This document shows positions 48,503-62,124 of a DNA stretch of 64,000 bases, in pieces. A program made the translations under genes and the position numbers. Where the stretch lies: the NCBI GenBank assembly GCA_030390025.1, contig CM059438.1, positions 64,172,001 to 64,236,000 of the forward strand. The letters run 5' to 3'. A model generated the notes under the pieces. The model saw only the letters and a program-made list of their open reading frames with translations. It ran no database searches and had not been told where the DNA came from. Each line of letters begins with the position of its first letter. The first letter of the stretch is position 1. This DNA is from Squalus acanthias (taxonomy: Eukaryota).

Positions 48503-51444
48503 GAAACAGTGTGGTGTGGAACTAGTGTCTGGGACTGGAGTACAGTTTCAGGTTTACCATCACTACAATGCAGCAAATTTACTGAAGCACCTGACCATGA
48601 CGGGTAAAAACTGCACTGATCCTTAAAAAAGTAGAGGGCTCATAGGCACTGGTCTAGAAAATACAGGTTGCAATATCAAGGGACAAATTATTCATGTCTT
48701 TCTATGGCATTCTGCTCCAGTTTTCATGCAGTTGTTCAGCAGTTTGTCTTTCCTACATGTTTAGTGACATTTGAGCGAATTGACACTGTTCTATCACTTT
48801 ATTTATTCGAGCCCATCAGTTGGACCGCTTGCTGAACTCTCTTGTGTAAAAACTAGCTACAGCTGGCACCTGGGGCGCTATATCCCAGGATTAGTCAGTG
48901 CCTTCAGGAGAGAGAGAAAAGATGAAATTAATACATAGAAGCCAACTGATACTGGAATCTCCTGGAGAGTGCATCAAACATTTAAGGAACTGTTAAATTG
49001 ACAGTACATTTCTTGTGTGAAAAGCTTGGCAAGTTCAGAAAAGGTGATGAATTATTGATTGATAAAAAAAATTCTCCCTTATTGTTTTCGCCCCGTGCAA
49101 GATGCAATTCTGTCACTCACGCTGCAGTGGAAGAATAAGCTGCCCACTGCCGACAGTTTCAAGAACAAGACCAGTTTGAGTGCGGCTGGACACATGTTGC
49201 GGGGATCAGTAAACCATTCAGCTATTGTTCAGAGGCTATCCTACGACTGGAACAGGCTGGCCCGTTCAGCTGACTAAAGCCGTTTCTGTCAGAATTTAGA
49301 CGCGATTGTAAGCGCCGGTTGACTCTTTGCACGTTTCCCTCTTTGGCATTTTGGAAAGCTCTGCATGTATCATTCATAACCGAGCTCGCAGAATGAGGGG
49401 ATGCCTAGGCAATCATCATATGAGAAATATCCAAAGATTAGCATTCAAATTGCCAGTCGAGACAGCCTTGTAAAATTCCCAATAAAACAATCCAATACCA
49501 GCTCAGGTTTGCATACTAATTAGCCCTTGACAGGAGTTCTAATGTTACACAGGTCCCAAAGGAGGGTGCACAGCACTCCCATAAGAAAGTGATTAAAAGC
49601 ATATTTAATAACTGCTTCATCTTGAAAGAGCAAGCTCGTGTCTCATTAAGGGTAAATAAACAACATGAAGGCGCTGTCACTGCCGAAGACATTTTATGAG
49701 CTGTTGTTTGGTTTTCAACTCATGCACTGTCTTGTCAATGCATTTTGTGTAAATTTTAATTACCATTTAATTGCATTGTTGCAAACTATTAGAGAGAGAG
49801 AGTGGGATGTATCGGAACAGGGAGAATAAAACTACCCAGATGCACACTGCGGAGAGAAGGCAAAACATGAGATGGGGAGTTCTGCGCTTCGTAAGAACAC
49901 TGGGATCGGTACCCTGACGAGTATATTTAATCAAGGGCACCAGATGAATCCTTAACCAGTCGTAAAGAAACCATCTGGGGTTCACCATGCAATCTATGCC
50001 GAGGAGAGATGATAATTAAATTTAGCTCACTGAACTGTCTTGCATCAACCAGTTCAAATTATATCAACACTGACACTGCTGACCTTCCATTGGGATATGC
50101 AATAGCTACTGAACGAATGAATTATTGCCTAGAAAAAGTTAGGCAATAAAGTTGTGAGCTAACATTTCCTTATTAACCTCATGATCACAATTAGCAGCAT
50201 TTTAAATTTGAACACTGGGCAGTTAGCAATGTTCCCAGAACTTCTACAACCTCGTCCTTATGAGCTGATGTAATTGAGCCGGTAGCCTCCCCTTCCTCTG
50301 GGATGATGATGTTATCTCTCTCTCTCCCCCTTTCTCTTTCTCACTCTTCCTCTCCCCTCTTTCAGAGAATGAGAGCAAATTTACCGAGAGATGCACGTTC
50401 TGTCTTTTACAGAGACATCTTTTCACATACACTGGACAAAGAACGCACTAATTTTAATACTGAACCGATCTGAGTTACACACGTATTACAAGAGTTCACC
50501 CCTTTAGGTGTCAATAACCTTAAAAACAGACATGTTCATACCCATGATGACCTTCCATTAAATAAGAAAGAGAATCCAGACATGTTAGGTGGCAATTTCA
50601 CTTCCCTAATTTCTCAGTCTTTTTATCAAAGAAAATACAGATTTTCAGATAAGACGTGGCATTTTTATAGTCTCCTAGCACACCGTCTCCCAGCTCTTGT
50701 GCGGAATGTTTCGTGTCACATAAGCATTCATGGAATGGTTTCCCAGAGTTCAGTCTGGCTGCTGAACCTCCATTTTGAAGACACATTGAAGGCAATTTTT
50801 AGGGAATTTTCCTCACTACACACACACGCATTACACTGCTTACAGATTCCGATGTCAGCAGCTTTCCACGATTAAAGTGTAGCAACAACGTGCTCTGACA
50901 AAGCACCTTTCAATTAAGAAAAAAACATCCTAAGGGATTGGAGGACACTGAACAGGAAAAAAAAGGAGTCATTCAGGGAGGTGACTGAAGATACGGTCAG
51001 AGAGGTAAGATATGGGAGATTTTTGATGGGGAGATTATTAAGGTGGAGGAGCTTAGGAATGGAATTGAAGAGCACAGGGATGTATGAACTGAAGGCTTTG
51101 CTAACAACAATGAATCAGTCGGAGGTAAGCACCTCAGCCCTATTTATATGAGGTCACTAAAGATCGTCTTTTGAATCTAGACAACAAATTGGAAACGCCA
51201 TATATTAATCCCTCTTTCAATAAATCAAACAATAGCTCATAACATATTTTCAGCAATGACTGATATCTTCATGCTGTTTATTTGACCTTTAATGTAACAC
51301 ACATTTTGTCTACTATTAACTAACATTTCTGTTCAAAAATTCAGGAATTTTTGAATTCTGGAAATTCCTGACACTTTGGGTTAACATGAAACCAAGGAAC
51401 CTCTTGAGAAATGGCTGCCTGATACAAAGTCTGCTGTTTAAGTT

Positions 51445-51760
51445 AATGACTCATTGCAGTACTGAAGGATTGTCAGAGATGCCATCCTTTGAATGAGACT
51501 TTAAACCTAGGCCCCATCTGTTGCCGACGAAGATCTCGTGGCACTACTCAATAAAGAGCGGGGGTTTCTCCCGGTGTCCAGACCCTGACATTCCTCCTTT
51601 AACCACAACACTGAAACCAGATTAACTGGAAACTTGCTGTCTGCAAAATGACTGCCACATTTACCTGCATAACAATCGCTGCACTAAAAAGTGATTTACT
51701 GTCGCTGAAGAGCTTTGAGACATTTCTGAGAGATGTGATAATGTTTGCTATAAATTGCCT
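51445..51760 (+). mobile_element. Old Deu-domain SINE remnant
   Basis: Degenerate match to the SINE core (GCAGTACTGAAGGA...GAGACTTTAAACC...GGCACTA). Confidence 0.65.
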
Positions 51761-52059
51761 ATTTTGTGTTCAATCGCTCTCATGAAAAATTTGGGGCATT
51801 TTTGCTGCATTAGATGCCATATCAATGCAGTGTGCTGTTGCTGACTCACTGCATCTCCCAGGCTCGGCATCTTCATCTGTTTACAGCATGTAGGATAAAT
51901 TATGAGCAGGATAGTGTTATGGCTGTAACAGGCACAGTGAGTCTGATGATTTGTTCATACGAACTCATAGAGGTTGTTACAGCTATAATGCATCACTTGC
52001 CCCATGCTTTGTCCTTTACAATGTACACCCTCTCTTGTCATTCACTAGTTGTGCATTGG

Positions 52060-52640
52060 ATAGGTACCACCAACGCTGCCTCCGCAGGATCCTGCAAATC
52101 CATTGGCAGGATAGGCGCACCAACGTCAGTGTTCTCGCTCAGGCCAACATCCCCAGCATCGAAGCTTTGACCGCGCTCGATCAGCTCCGATGGACGGGCC
52201 ACATCGTCCGCATGCCCGATACGAGACTCCCAAAACAAGCGCTCTACTCGGAGCTCCGACACAGCAAGGGAGCCCCAGGTGGGCAGAGGAAACGCTTCAA
52301 GGACACCCTCAAAGCCTCTTTGAAAAAGTGCATCCCCTCTGACACCTGGGAATCCCTGGCCCAAGACCACTCAAAGTGGAGGGGAAGCATCTGGGAAGGC
52401 GCCGAACACCTCGAGTCTCTTTGCCGGGAGCAAGCGGAAGCCAAGCTCAAACAGCGGAAGGAGCGCACGTCAACCCAAGCACCCCACCCACCCGGCCCTT
52501 CAACCACCGTCTGCCCCACCTGTGACAGAGACTGCAGGTCCCGCATTGGACTCATCAGTCACCTGAGAACTCATTTTTAGCGTGGAAGCAAGTCGTCCGC
52601 GGTTCCGAGGGACTGCCTAAGAGAGAGAGAGAGAGATAGA
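52060..52640 (+). mobile_element. RTE LINE 3' fragment
   Basis: HQRCLRRILQIHWQD, QLRWTGHIVRM, RLPKQALYSEL, GGQRKRFKD and a C2H2-like end, then a (GA)n tail. Confidence 0.92.
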
Positions 52641-53859
52641 GATTGGGTGGATATCAGCACACCGAGGCTGCCATTACGCATTCAGTTGAACAGGCTCTGC
52701 ACGTCACGTGACAGGAAAGAGTCATTTACAAGATGGCAATTGTGCTTGAAAGAGTCATAAGGAGAGGAAGCAGGTACTTTCCAGAAATATAATGCACTCT
52801 TTGTGAGATGTACATTATTAGCTACTGACAGTTATGATTGGATAAGGGAAGAATCATTCATTTTGAAAAGAGGAAGCCAAAATTTCTGCAGTGATATTAA
52901 ATGTTAACATTTTTGTGTAAATATAAATCTAAAATCAAAACTACATTTCTGGTAACTATGCTTTCCTACTGCTCTACACTGCGCTTCTTTAAGCTTTTAT
53001 CAATTTGCAACTGACTTGTGCCTCTTGTCTCACTTCCCACCCATTGTGGCTTTTCTCCTCCTCCTCCAGCTGCCTCACCTCTCTCTCTTGATTTCCTTTG
53101 TTATCCACCACCGGCTGATTCTTATTCCACTGGGCCCCTTTTCTCGTTCTCCCCTTTTCCGAGATTTTCATCTCCTACCACTGTTCCTCCACCCCGATGG
53201 CCACCAATCTTGAGCCCCTGCACCTCGCAATCACAAGGTTTAACCATCCCTCATTACTTTCTCTTCACTGGACATGTATGTTTAAAGTCCTGCATGGCTG
53301 CATTGCCTTTTGCTCACTTCATCCTGTCCAGAGTTGCTGTCTGCCTTCCTGGGCTACAAGTGTAAGTCTTTCCTTCAAAGTGCATGTTGCATATTCCTCA
53401 ATTGGGCCACCTCTGCCATTACCCTGTCTTGTTGAAATTTGTGAAGAACTACACAGAATAACACTACAATCTGGTCTCTGTACCTTTAAGGCAAGAACAA
53501 TGAGAGAAACGTGAAGCCTTTTGCCACTGGGGCTTGGTTAGCTGCATTCTTCCTTCCAAAATGTACCACACTGATCTAGCCCCAGACAATTAGTTTTAGG
53601 CCTTCTCAGGACATTGATGGCTCAACATAAACTTGGGTTATGCAGTGGTTTGTGTCATAGTATCAGAGCTGTAAAAGGAACAGAGGCATTTGTCTACACC
53701 AACCTCTGACCCTTCCTTTACGTCCTATATTGATGTGCTCTTGCACAGTCAGCTGGATCTCTATAGTTTTATCCTATCTCAAGTCACTAATCACTTTCCT
53801 GCACTAAAAACTTGATGGTGAGCATTGCATTATTCCCACACCAAGGACAATGACACATT

Positions 53860-54603
53860 GGCCCAAAAATTAGTGCCTCTTCGCGAGAGTACGCACTGTG
53901 TACTCTCGCGTATTCTGTCTCCAATTGCCGGTTTTCTGCATGCACTGCGCATGCGCTGAAAACCGGCACTTGGTGATTTCAAAAGGGGGCGGTTCCTAGG
54001 TGAACCGCGTGCGCGCTACAGGCTGCACGCACGCAGTGCACTTAGTGCTTTGGACGCGCAGGTAAGCATGGAAGACTTTGCACATAAAGAAAGGAGGCGT
54101 AAGACCCTCTTTTAACAAGGTAAGTAGTTAATTAAGTATTATTTTGAATTTTTTTCAACAGGTATTTCTTTTTTAGAGACTTTAAAGAAAGGTAAGTTTA
54201 TTTTTATAACTTTTTAAAAGATTTTAAATTTTTTCAAAAATTTAATTTTTTGTTTAAAGTGGTTAATTTATTTAACTATACTTATTTTATTAATGTGATG
54301 GTTTTTAAAAAAAAAATAATTGAGGTTTAGCTGTTCTTTTGGGGGGGTATAGATTCATAGCTTTCACAGCCCTTACTGTGAAAACTATGAATGAAAGATG
54401 GTGTGCTGCCATTGGCTCTAACTGAATCACGTGATCCCACAGCTCGCACGAATTAACTGCGCCTGTGGGATACGCAAGCACTGCCCAGCTGCTGTCTAGA
54501 AAATCAAGTTCGTGCGAGCTGGGAATGAAAAAGCCGGCGCGCAGTGAGATATCGCGGGGAAGCCTTACCCCCGCACGAAGGCTCCCTCACTAATTTTTGG
54601 GCC
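53860..54603. mobile_element. Harbinger-type MITE (family C)
   Basis: Perfect 16-bp TIR GGCCCAAAAATTAGTG with an ATT TSD. Confidence 0.92.
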
Positions 54604-55461
54604 ATTGTCTTTGTTAAAAAGCTCCCGAGGGCATCTAACCTTTTTACATCCAAGCAGGGCCACAACATTCAATAGCGGCCCCACAATTTGTCAGAGAGTG
54701 ATATTGTGAGTTTGCAACAGTAGCGCCACGCGTCGAGTGTTTCATGGACTCAGATATGAAAACAATTGGATTCACGAACTGCTGAGAGCAGGACCTTGAT
54801 GACTGAAAGTTCTGCCACCAATGGCGGGGTGGAGGCTGCAGAGCAGTACAGGCTCAGACGAACAGGGAGCATGAGTTAGAGGTAAAGCTAGAGGAGGTTG
54901 CAGAGGCAAAGTGGAGTGAGGCCATGACAGGATTTGTGAAGGAGGACGAGGAATTTGAAATCAATAGGTTGCGTGATGAGGAGGTACTGGAGGTGGGCGA
55001 GGACAGTGGAAAATAAATGACCAGGACTTAGTTGTTACAGTCAAAATCTCTCGAACCATTGTCGGGTATGGATTAGCATAGCCCAGATCTGACGGGTAAC
55101 CACCAACTGTGGTAATTTCTCACTGAAGAATACTTGGGCTGCTCATTACATTCTGACAGCAATCAAAATAGGAAAATAACACACTATTAGATCATAGTGT
55201 GCAGGCTAAATATTATCGGTCCAGCTTTATTTTTGGATAAAATTATATACAAAAGCAAAAAGATCAGCATGATATTAATGAACTATAATAATTATATATT
55301 ATATATATATATATATATATAAATATGAGTTCACTTTTTAAAATAATAAAAGACAGTGTTTAGGATTCTTACAGCTCGTCTCAGTAATTTTTTGGAAGTA
55401 CCATCTCTAAATGGTAAAATAAGTGAGACAATTCCCACAGAATTCCTGTGTTCTTTGGCAC

Positions 55462-57385
55462 AGTCAATAACATGAACTTACATATTATAGCCCCTTTAAC
55501 ACAGCAAAATGTCCCAAGGTGCTTCACAGGAGTATTATAAGACAAAATATGACATTGAGCCACATAAGGAGAAATTAGGGCAGGTGACCAAAAGCTTGGT
55601 CAAAGAGGTAGGTTTTAAGGAGTATCTTAAAGGAGGAAGGAGAGGTAGAGAGACGGAGTGTTTTAGGCAGGGAATTCCAGAGCTTAGGGCCTAGGCAACA
55701 GAAGGCAAGGCCACCAATGGTTGAGTGATTATAATCAGGGATACGCAAGAGGCTAGAATTAGAGGAGCGCAGATATCTCTGGGGGTTGTGGGGCTGGAGG
55801 AGATTACAGAGATAGGGAGGGGCAAGGCCATCGAGGGATTTGAAAATAAGGATGAGAATTTTAAAATCGAGGTGTTGCTTAACCGGGAGCCAAGGTAGGT
55901 CAGCGAGCACAGGGGTGATGGGTGAACGGGACTTGGTGCAAGTTAGGACACGGGCGGCAGAGTTTTGGATGACCTCAAGTTTACGGAGGGTGAAACGTGA
56001 GAGGCCAGCCAGGAGTGCGTTGGAATAGTCAAGTCTAGAGGTAAAAAAGGCATGGATGAGGGTTTCAGTAGTAGATAAGCTGAGGCAGGGGCGGAGACAG
56101 GCGATGTTCCAGAGGTGGACTTAGTGATGGCGCGGATATATGGTTGGAAGCTCATTTCGGGGTCAAATATGACACCAAGGTTGCAAACCATCTGGTTCAG
56201 CTTCAGGCAGTTGCCAGGGAGAGGCATGGAGTTGATGGCTAGGGAACAGAGTTTGTGGCGGAGACCGAAAACAATGGGGGAGAAATTCAGTATCGCCCCA
56301 TTCGGGGCGCAATTATCGGCCTGGCACAAAGATTAGCGCCTGGCGCTAATTATCGCCACCGACTGCAAACTTGACTTTTATCGCCCCTAGATGTGAATTG
56401 GAGCGCTAAATCAGGCACTTCACACCTGTCTTAAGGTGCAAAGGCAGAGGAGCAAGGCGCTACCTTAGAGCGCTGGCGAAACTCGTGATGTCAGTCAGCA
56501 ATGGAACACACACACAATGGCGCGGGCCAGTTCTTAAAGGGGAGCGTTGATCTTGCTTTCCATCCACATCCTGCTCATTGCAGCCTTGAAGCTCGGCCTG
56601 GAGAGACCTGCACATCTAATCTGCTGGAAAGAACAATGGAGAGTACCAGGAAAAGAGATCAGAGTGCAGCCCCCACAGTCTCTTCTAAATCGATACAAGG
56701 AAGGGCTAATCAAAATGAACCTGCAAAGTGCTGCTCAGTACCCAAAACTCCTTCACACAGCATTGAATCTCTCCAGAAGTCTCTCTCTCTCTCTCTCTCA
56801 GAATGCGTGGTTCAAAAATGTCACCAACAATAAAAGGCAGGAAGCGGTTGCCTTTAAATAGCGCTCCCCCAGTCCCTTCCTGACTGCAAAACGCTCCCCT
56901 CAACCTGTCGTTGCTAGCGGCATGCGGTAAGGCAGGGGGGCGCCACTCAATATCTGCTCTGGGGCGATACCGGGGCGTTGCGCACTCGACTGACGTCACG
57001 ATCTGCCGGCGCAGGAGATCGTGGCGGTAATGTTTAGTGCCGCCTCAAAATGTCTAGTTAATTTCGTGAGCGGCGCAAACATCGCCGCGCCCGGGCGCTA
57101 GATGCTTTGCGCCCCATTAGCGCCCTCTTAAGGCGCTAACGGGAGGCGCAACCAACTGAATATTTCCCCCAATGACTTTAGTTGGAGGAAATATTTGCTC
57201 ATCCAGTACCGGATGTCGGACAAGCAGTCTGACAATTTAGAAACCGTGGTGGGGTCGAGAGAGGTGGTGGTGAGGTAGAGCTGAGTGTCATCAGCGTACA
57301 TGTGGAAACTGATGTTGTGTTTTTGTTTGATGTCGCCGAGAGGTAGCATGTAGATGAGAAAAAGAAGTGGGCCAAGGATAGATAG
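55462..57385 (-). mobile_element. L2 LINE 3' part, split by a Harbinger MITE
   Basis: FHMYADDTQLY (ORF 57128-57349), NLGVIFD, LPWLPVKQ and KTYLFDQAF. Confidence 0.92.
56276..57170. mobile_element. Non-autonomous Harbinger-type element (family B)
   Basis: TIR GGGGGA(GAA/AAT)ATTCAGT with an AAT TSD. Reverse complement of 29292-30178. Confidence 0.92.
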
Positions 57386-57439
57386 TCAATAGAAAGTTGA
57401 TGACTTCAAGACGTTCCCTGAGCTAGAAGGGTTTCCCCT

Positions 57440-58471
57440 TGCTGTAAACATAGTTGCTTCCGCCTGTGCTGCATTGGAAGCTGCGACATTGCCCATCACA
57501 CGCGGCATGAGGTCTGGGTTGCCACGGTCTCTCTGGGAGTCCACCATCCTTTGCAGACTGCAAATAATGGGCTCCATGGTGTGCGCAGAGCTCTGTGCAA
57601 TGTTGGAGGTGGACCACTCCACGCTCCTTACCATTGCCAAGAGGCTCTCAGGCACCCTTGCCATTGCCCTTATCATCTCCGTGTGCGTGCCCATCACCCT
57701 TCATCTAAAAGACTGCCCATCGAGGTCCTTATCTGAGTTCTGTGCAGCAGAACTCGCATGCGAACTCACCCTCCGGGGAGCTGGCTCCCGAGCTACCCTT
57801 TCCCCTTGGCTTTGCTACAACCTGCTCGTCCCCGGTGCTTCACCCTGTGCAGATCCCGCTACTATACTAGCCTCTAAAGAACGTGTAGTGCCAGTATCTG
57901 AGCTGGTGCCTGTGGGTGAGACATGCAGTGACGCGGTGTCTTCTTCGTCCTCCTCTTCTTCCGCCTCGCTCTCTATGGTACCCACAGGGACAGGCTGCTC
58001 AGCTGCTTGCTCATTACCTGAAAGCATAAAGGCAGAAGAGTCGGGTTAAGGTGAGGGGAGGGGCCAGAAAGGGAGAAAGGCATGCATACAGCATGATTAG
58101 CTGGAAAGGGGGAACGGCTTGTGGGGTGAGGGGGAAGTGGGATGTGAGAAGAAGGAGTAGAGATGAACATACCGTTGTTGCCCCCAAGGGGGTCAACATC
58201 GCCGGTGGCCACGGCGCCCACCACCTGGTACCCAATGATTTGCAGCACTGTGGCAACGATGACTAGTGATTAGACTGCACTAGAAATTGCTTAGCGCTTT
58301 GAGTCTAACGCCACTGAGCTTGGTCATTAGCGCTTGATTTAGTGCTCCCATCCTTTCTTTGAGTGATGACACTGAATTTTGCGTGCAGCGAGATTCATTA
58401 GTGCCTGGCGCTAAATCTCAAACTTTTCCGAAGTTAGCGCCCATTGCTGGGCGACAATGAATTTCGCCCCC
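57440..58471 (-). mobile_element. Harbinger remnant (probable Myb-gene 3' exon fragments plus a family-B-like end)
   Basis: Acidic, Ser/Thr-rich frame (TSSDTGT..SLE) similar in pattern to the other Myb exon 3 copies. A short intron-like segment lies at about 58018-58172. Terminus GAATTTCGCCCCC. Confidence 0.6.
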
Positions 58472-58563
58472 ATGGTGTCAAGTTTACATTTTAGAAATTT
58501 TTGAGCAGCTCACTGAAAAACTGTCCAGCTCAAAAAACAACCAGGTACGGGTCCTGTAATGAT

Positions 58564-59150
58564 ACATAGAATTACATAGAATCTACAGCCCAGAAACAGG
58601 CCATTCGGCCCAGCTGATCTATGCTGGCGTTTCTGCTCCACATGAGCCTCGTCCCACAACTCTTCATCTCACCCTCACCCTATCAGCATAACCTTCTATT
58701 CCTTTCTCCCTCGTGTGTTTATCTAGCTTTCCCTTAAATGCATCTATGCTATTCGCCTCAACTACTCCCTGTGGTAGCGAGTTCCACATTCTCACCACTC
58801 TTTACAGAAAGAAGTTTCTCCTGAATTCCCCGCTGGATTTATTGGTGACTATCTTGTATTTATGGCCTCTGTTCTTGGACTCCCCACAAGTAGAAACATC
58901 TTCTCTATGTCTACCCTATCAAAACCCTTCCTAATTTTAAAGACCTCTATTAAGCCACCCCTCAGCCTTCTCTTTTCTAGGGAAAAGAGCCTCAGCCTGT
59001 TCGGCTTTTCCTGATAGTTATAATCTCTCAGTTCTGGTATCATCCTTGTAAATCTTTATTTCACCTTCTCCGGTGCCTCGATATACTTTTTATAACATGG
59101 AGTGCACAGTACTCCAAATGTGGTCCAACCAAGGATCGATACAAGTTTAA
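58564..59150 (-). mobile_element. CR1 3' fragment
   Basis: LFSLEKRRLRGGLIEVFKI and an (ATTCTATGTA)n tail. Confidence 0.88.
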
Positions 59151-59578
59151 TCATTTTCTCTACCAGTTTCTAATAATCAAGGCAGTGAACTCGTCTCAGT
59201 GAGAGAAACTTTGGCAGACGCTGTAATTGACCCTTTCCGAGGCAGTGTATACAATTAAGTGAAGCGTTGTAATTGTAACGCAATGTGCAGCAGTCTCCCG
59301 TGTTCCACTTGATGTGGTAACCCAGCTAAGTACCTCAATTAAAAGACAAGTAGCAGCACTCCATCGATCTCTGAATGATTGACCAACACAAGTGCTCATC
59401 GAGTTCCCTTATGTGTGCTGAAACATTTAATTGGCTGTTTGACCAAATATTGGATCAAAGATTTGACTTAACAAATCACTGTTTGTGGTCAGTGCCCATA
59501 GAGGCAAGGTTACCTGCTGCTCATACTGCGATGTGTTTTACAGAGAGCTTCATGGTTATTTTTTACTGGACTGGGGAT

Positions 59579-60360
59579 TATAAGAACATAAGAAATAAGA
59601 GCAGGAGTAGGCCATACGGTCCCTCGAGCCTGCTCCGCCATTCAATAAGATCATGGCTGATCATCGACCTCAACTCCACTTTCCCGCCCGATCTCCATAT
59701 CCCTTGATTTCCCTAGAGTCCAAAAATCTATCTGTCTCAGCCTTGAATATACTCAAAGACTCAGCATTCACAGCCCTCTGGAGCAGAGAATTCCAAAGAT
59801 TCACAACCCTCTGAGTGAAGAAATTCTTCCTCATCTCAGTCTTAAATGGCCTACCCCTTATCCTGAGACTATGCCCCCTAGTTCTAGACACTCCAGCCAG
59901 GGGAAACAACCTCTCAGCATCTACCCTGTCAATCCCCTTCAGAATCTTGTATGTTACAATGAGATCACCTCTCATTCTTCTAAACTACAGAGAGTATAGG
60001 CCCATTCTACACAATCTCTCATCATAGGACAGCCCTCTCGTCCCAGGAATCAATCTAGTGATCCTTTGTTGCACCGCCTCCAAGGCAAGTGCATCCTTCC
60101 TTAGATAAGGAAACCAAAACTGTGCACAGTACTCCAGGTGTGGTCTCACCAAGGCCCTGTACAATTGTAGCAAGACTTCCTTACTCTTATACTCCAACCC
60201 CCTTGCAATAAAGGCCAACATGCCATTTGCCTCCCTTATTGCTTGCTGTACCTGCATGCTAGCTTTCTGTGTTTCTTGCACAAGGACACCCACATCTCTC
60301 TGAACACCAATATTTGAAAGTTTCTCACCATTTAAAAAATATTCTGTTTTTCTATTATTG
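59579..60360 (-). mobile_element. CR1 3' fragment
   Basis: LVRPHLEYCAQFW, MRGDLI, RVVNLWNSL and a (TTCTTATG)n tail. Confidence 0.92.
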
Positions 60361-61931
60361 AATGGAAGCGATGTTGTCATGTTGATATATACTAATGACT
60401 CCGTTACTTAATAAAGCACTGGTTTTAAAAAAAAATCTAAGAACAAACCATTGTTATGTTCAATTCTGAATTAAATGGATATCATTCTACTTTTCCACTG
60501 ATACTATCATTTGTCAGTTTCTTTTGGAAATTGTCATCCTTTACCAATTTAACTAATATGCTGATGTTCTCCTCACAGTATCTGGCTTCCTCAGCAATTC
60601 TTTTCCAACAGTTTGTATCACCCCTTCCTTTTCTTAATCCACAGTTTCATTTTTTTTTAAAGTACTGGATCTGTTGTTGTTCAGAGTGAGTTCCAGGATT
60701 CAGTGTAAATTCGGTATATCTTATACGCAGAAATTAAGAGAGATCAGCGCTGTTGAGCAGGCCTGGAACTTTGTGAGAGTTGTGCCCAGAGACAGTGATG
60801 TGAGTGGCTGAGATTCAGAAATCAGTACAGCATGGCTGAGGATTCAGTGTGGTGCCGACAGGTGGCACATGCTCCACAAGGCCGATGTTACAGTTTGAGA
60901 AACTTAGCTGAAGAACCACGGATCATGGGGCGGAATACCACCAAGCTTGACGTGTAAGGGAGATGAGGAGTGGGTGTACATTGCACACACAAAAACAGAT
61001 ACAGGGAGTTGTAATTAAAGGCTAATTTTTTTATTTTCGTATTTAAGACACCATTTGCAGCATTACTTCAAATTGGATCTTTGTGGGCTGTATCTAGGCA
61101 ACCATGATTCCCTGCCTTACCATATAATTGTGGTATGCTGTTGGTGTGGGAAATGGGAGCAGCAAAATGGTTGACACGCGGTAAAGAATGATACCTGTTT
61201 TTGTCTTGGGTGGAAACAAATGGTTGCTCTACTTCAAATTGCAACACAAAACTTAATTCAATAAATAATTCAATTCCTTTGACACAATTTTGCTTAGGTG
61301 TGATTGAGATTAAATTGTCTATTATTCCCATAGTTGTAAAGCATTGTCGCCTCACAATTTGCATTTTTTTCTTTGAAGCAGTCACCCCCACCCCAAAAAT
61401 TGGTGTCCATTTTGAAGATTTAAGGATTGAATGTAGCGTCATGGTGCACTGTGTTGGTGCATAGTGCACCAATGCACCGTGTCAATAAGTGTTGCAACAT
61501 GGATTCATGCCTGTGATGCCCATCTATCAAACGTTTTCATTTTCGGCCAGAGCACGGTGGACAGACATTGGGCACATGCCTCATCCAACTTCAAGAAATA
61601 AAAACTTTTCGAAAATGTGTCGGAGACACACTATTATGTTCCGGCTACACAATCCCTTGATATTTTTCTCATTTTAATGTCAGAACGTTCCTGTAATCTG
61701 ACATGACCTATCACTTACATGGATAGTCTTCTCATCTTTACACCCAACAGCTTTCTGTAATAGAGCCACCTGGTGGACTAATGATGTATATAATAATAAA
61801 GCCATATGCAGTACAGTTCTTACCGAAAGCCATGTTGTGCTGTTGTGTATATATATATATATATATGCTGTGTCCCAAGATATCACACTTTCATCATTCA
61901 CAAAACAGTTTCTTATAAACTATATGAGGTA

Positions 61932-62124
61932 ACATTCCCTCCCTAAACCTCTCCGCCTCTCTTTCCTCCTTTAAGATGCTCCTTTAGAGCTACCTCTTGT
62001 CTTAATATATCTCCTTATGTGGCTCGGTGTCAAATTTTCTTTGATTACGCTCCTGTGAAGCACCTTGGATGCTTCTACTATGTTAAAGGCGCTATATAAA
62101 TGCAAGTTGTTATTATTGTTGTTG
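61932..62124 (+). mobile_element. L2 3' end fragment
   Basis: Matches 42220-42436, including the (GTT)n tail. Confidence 0.8.
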
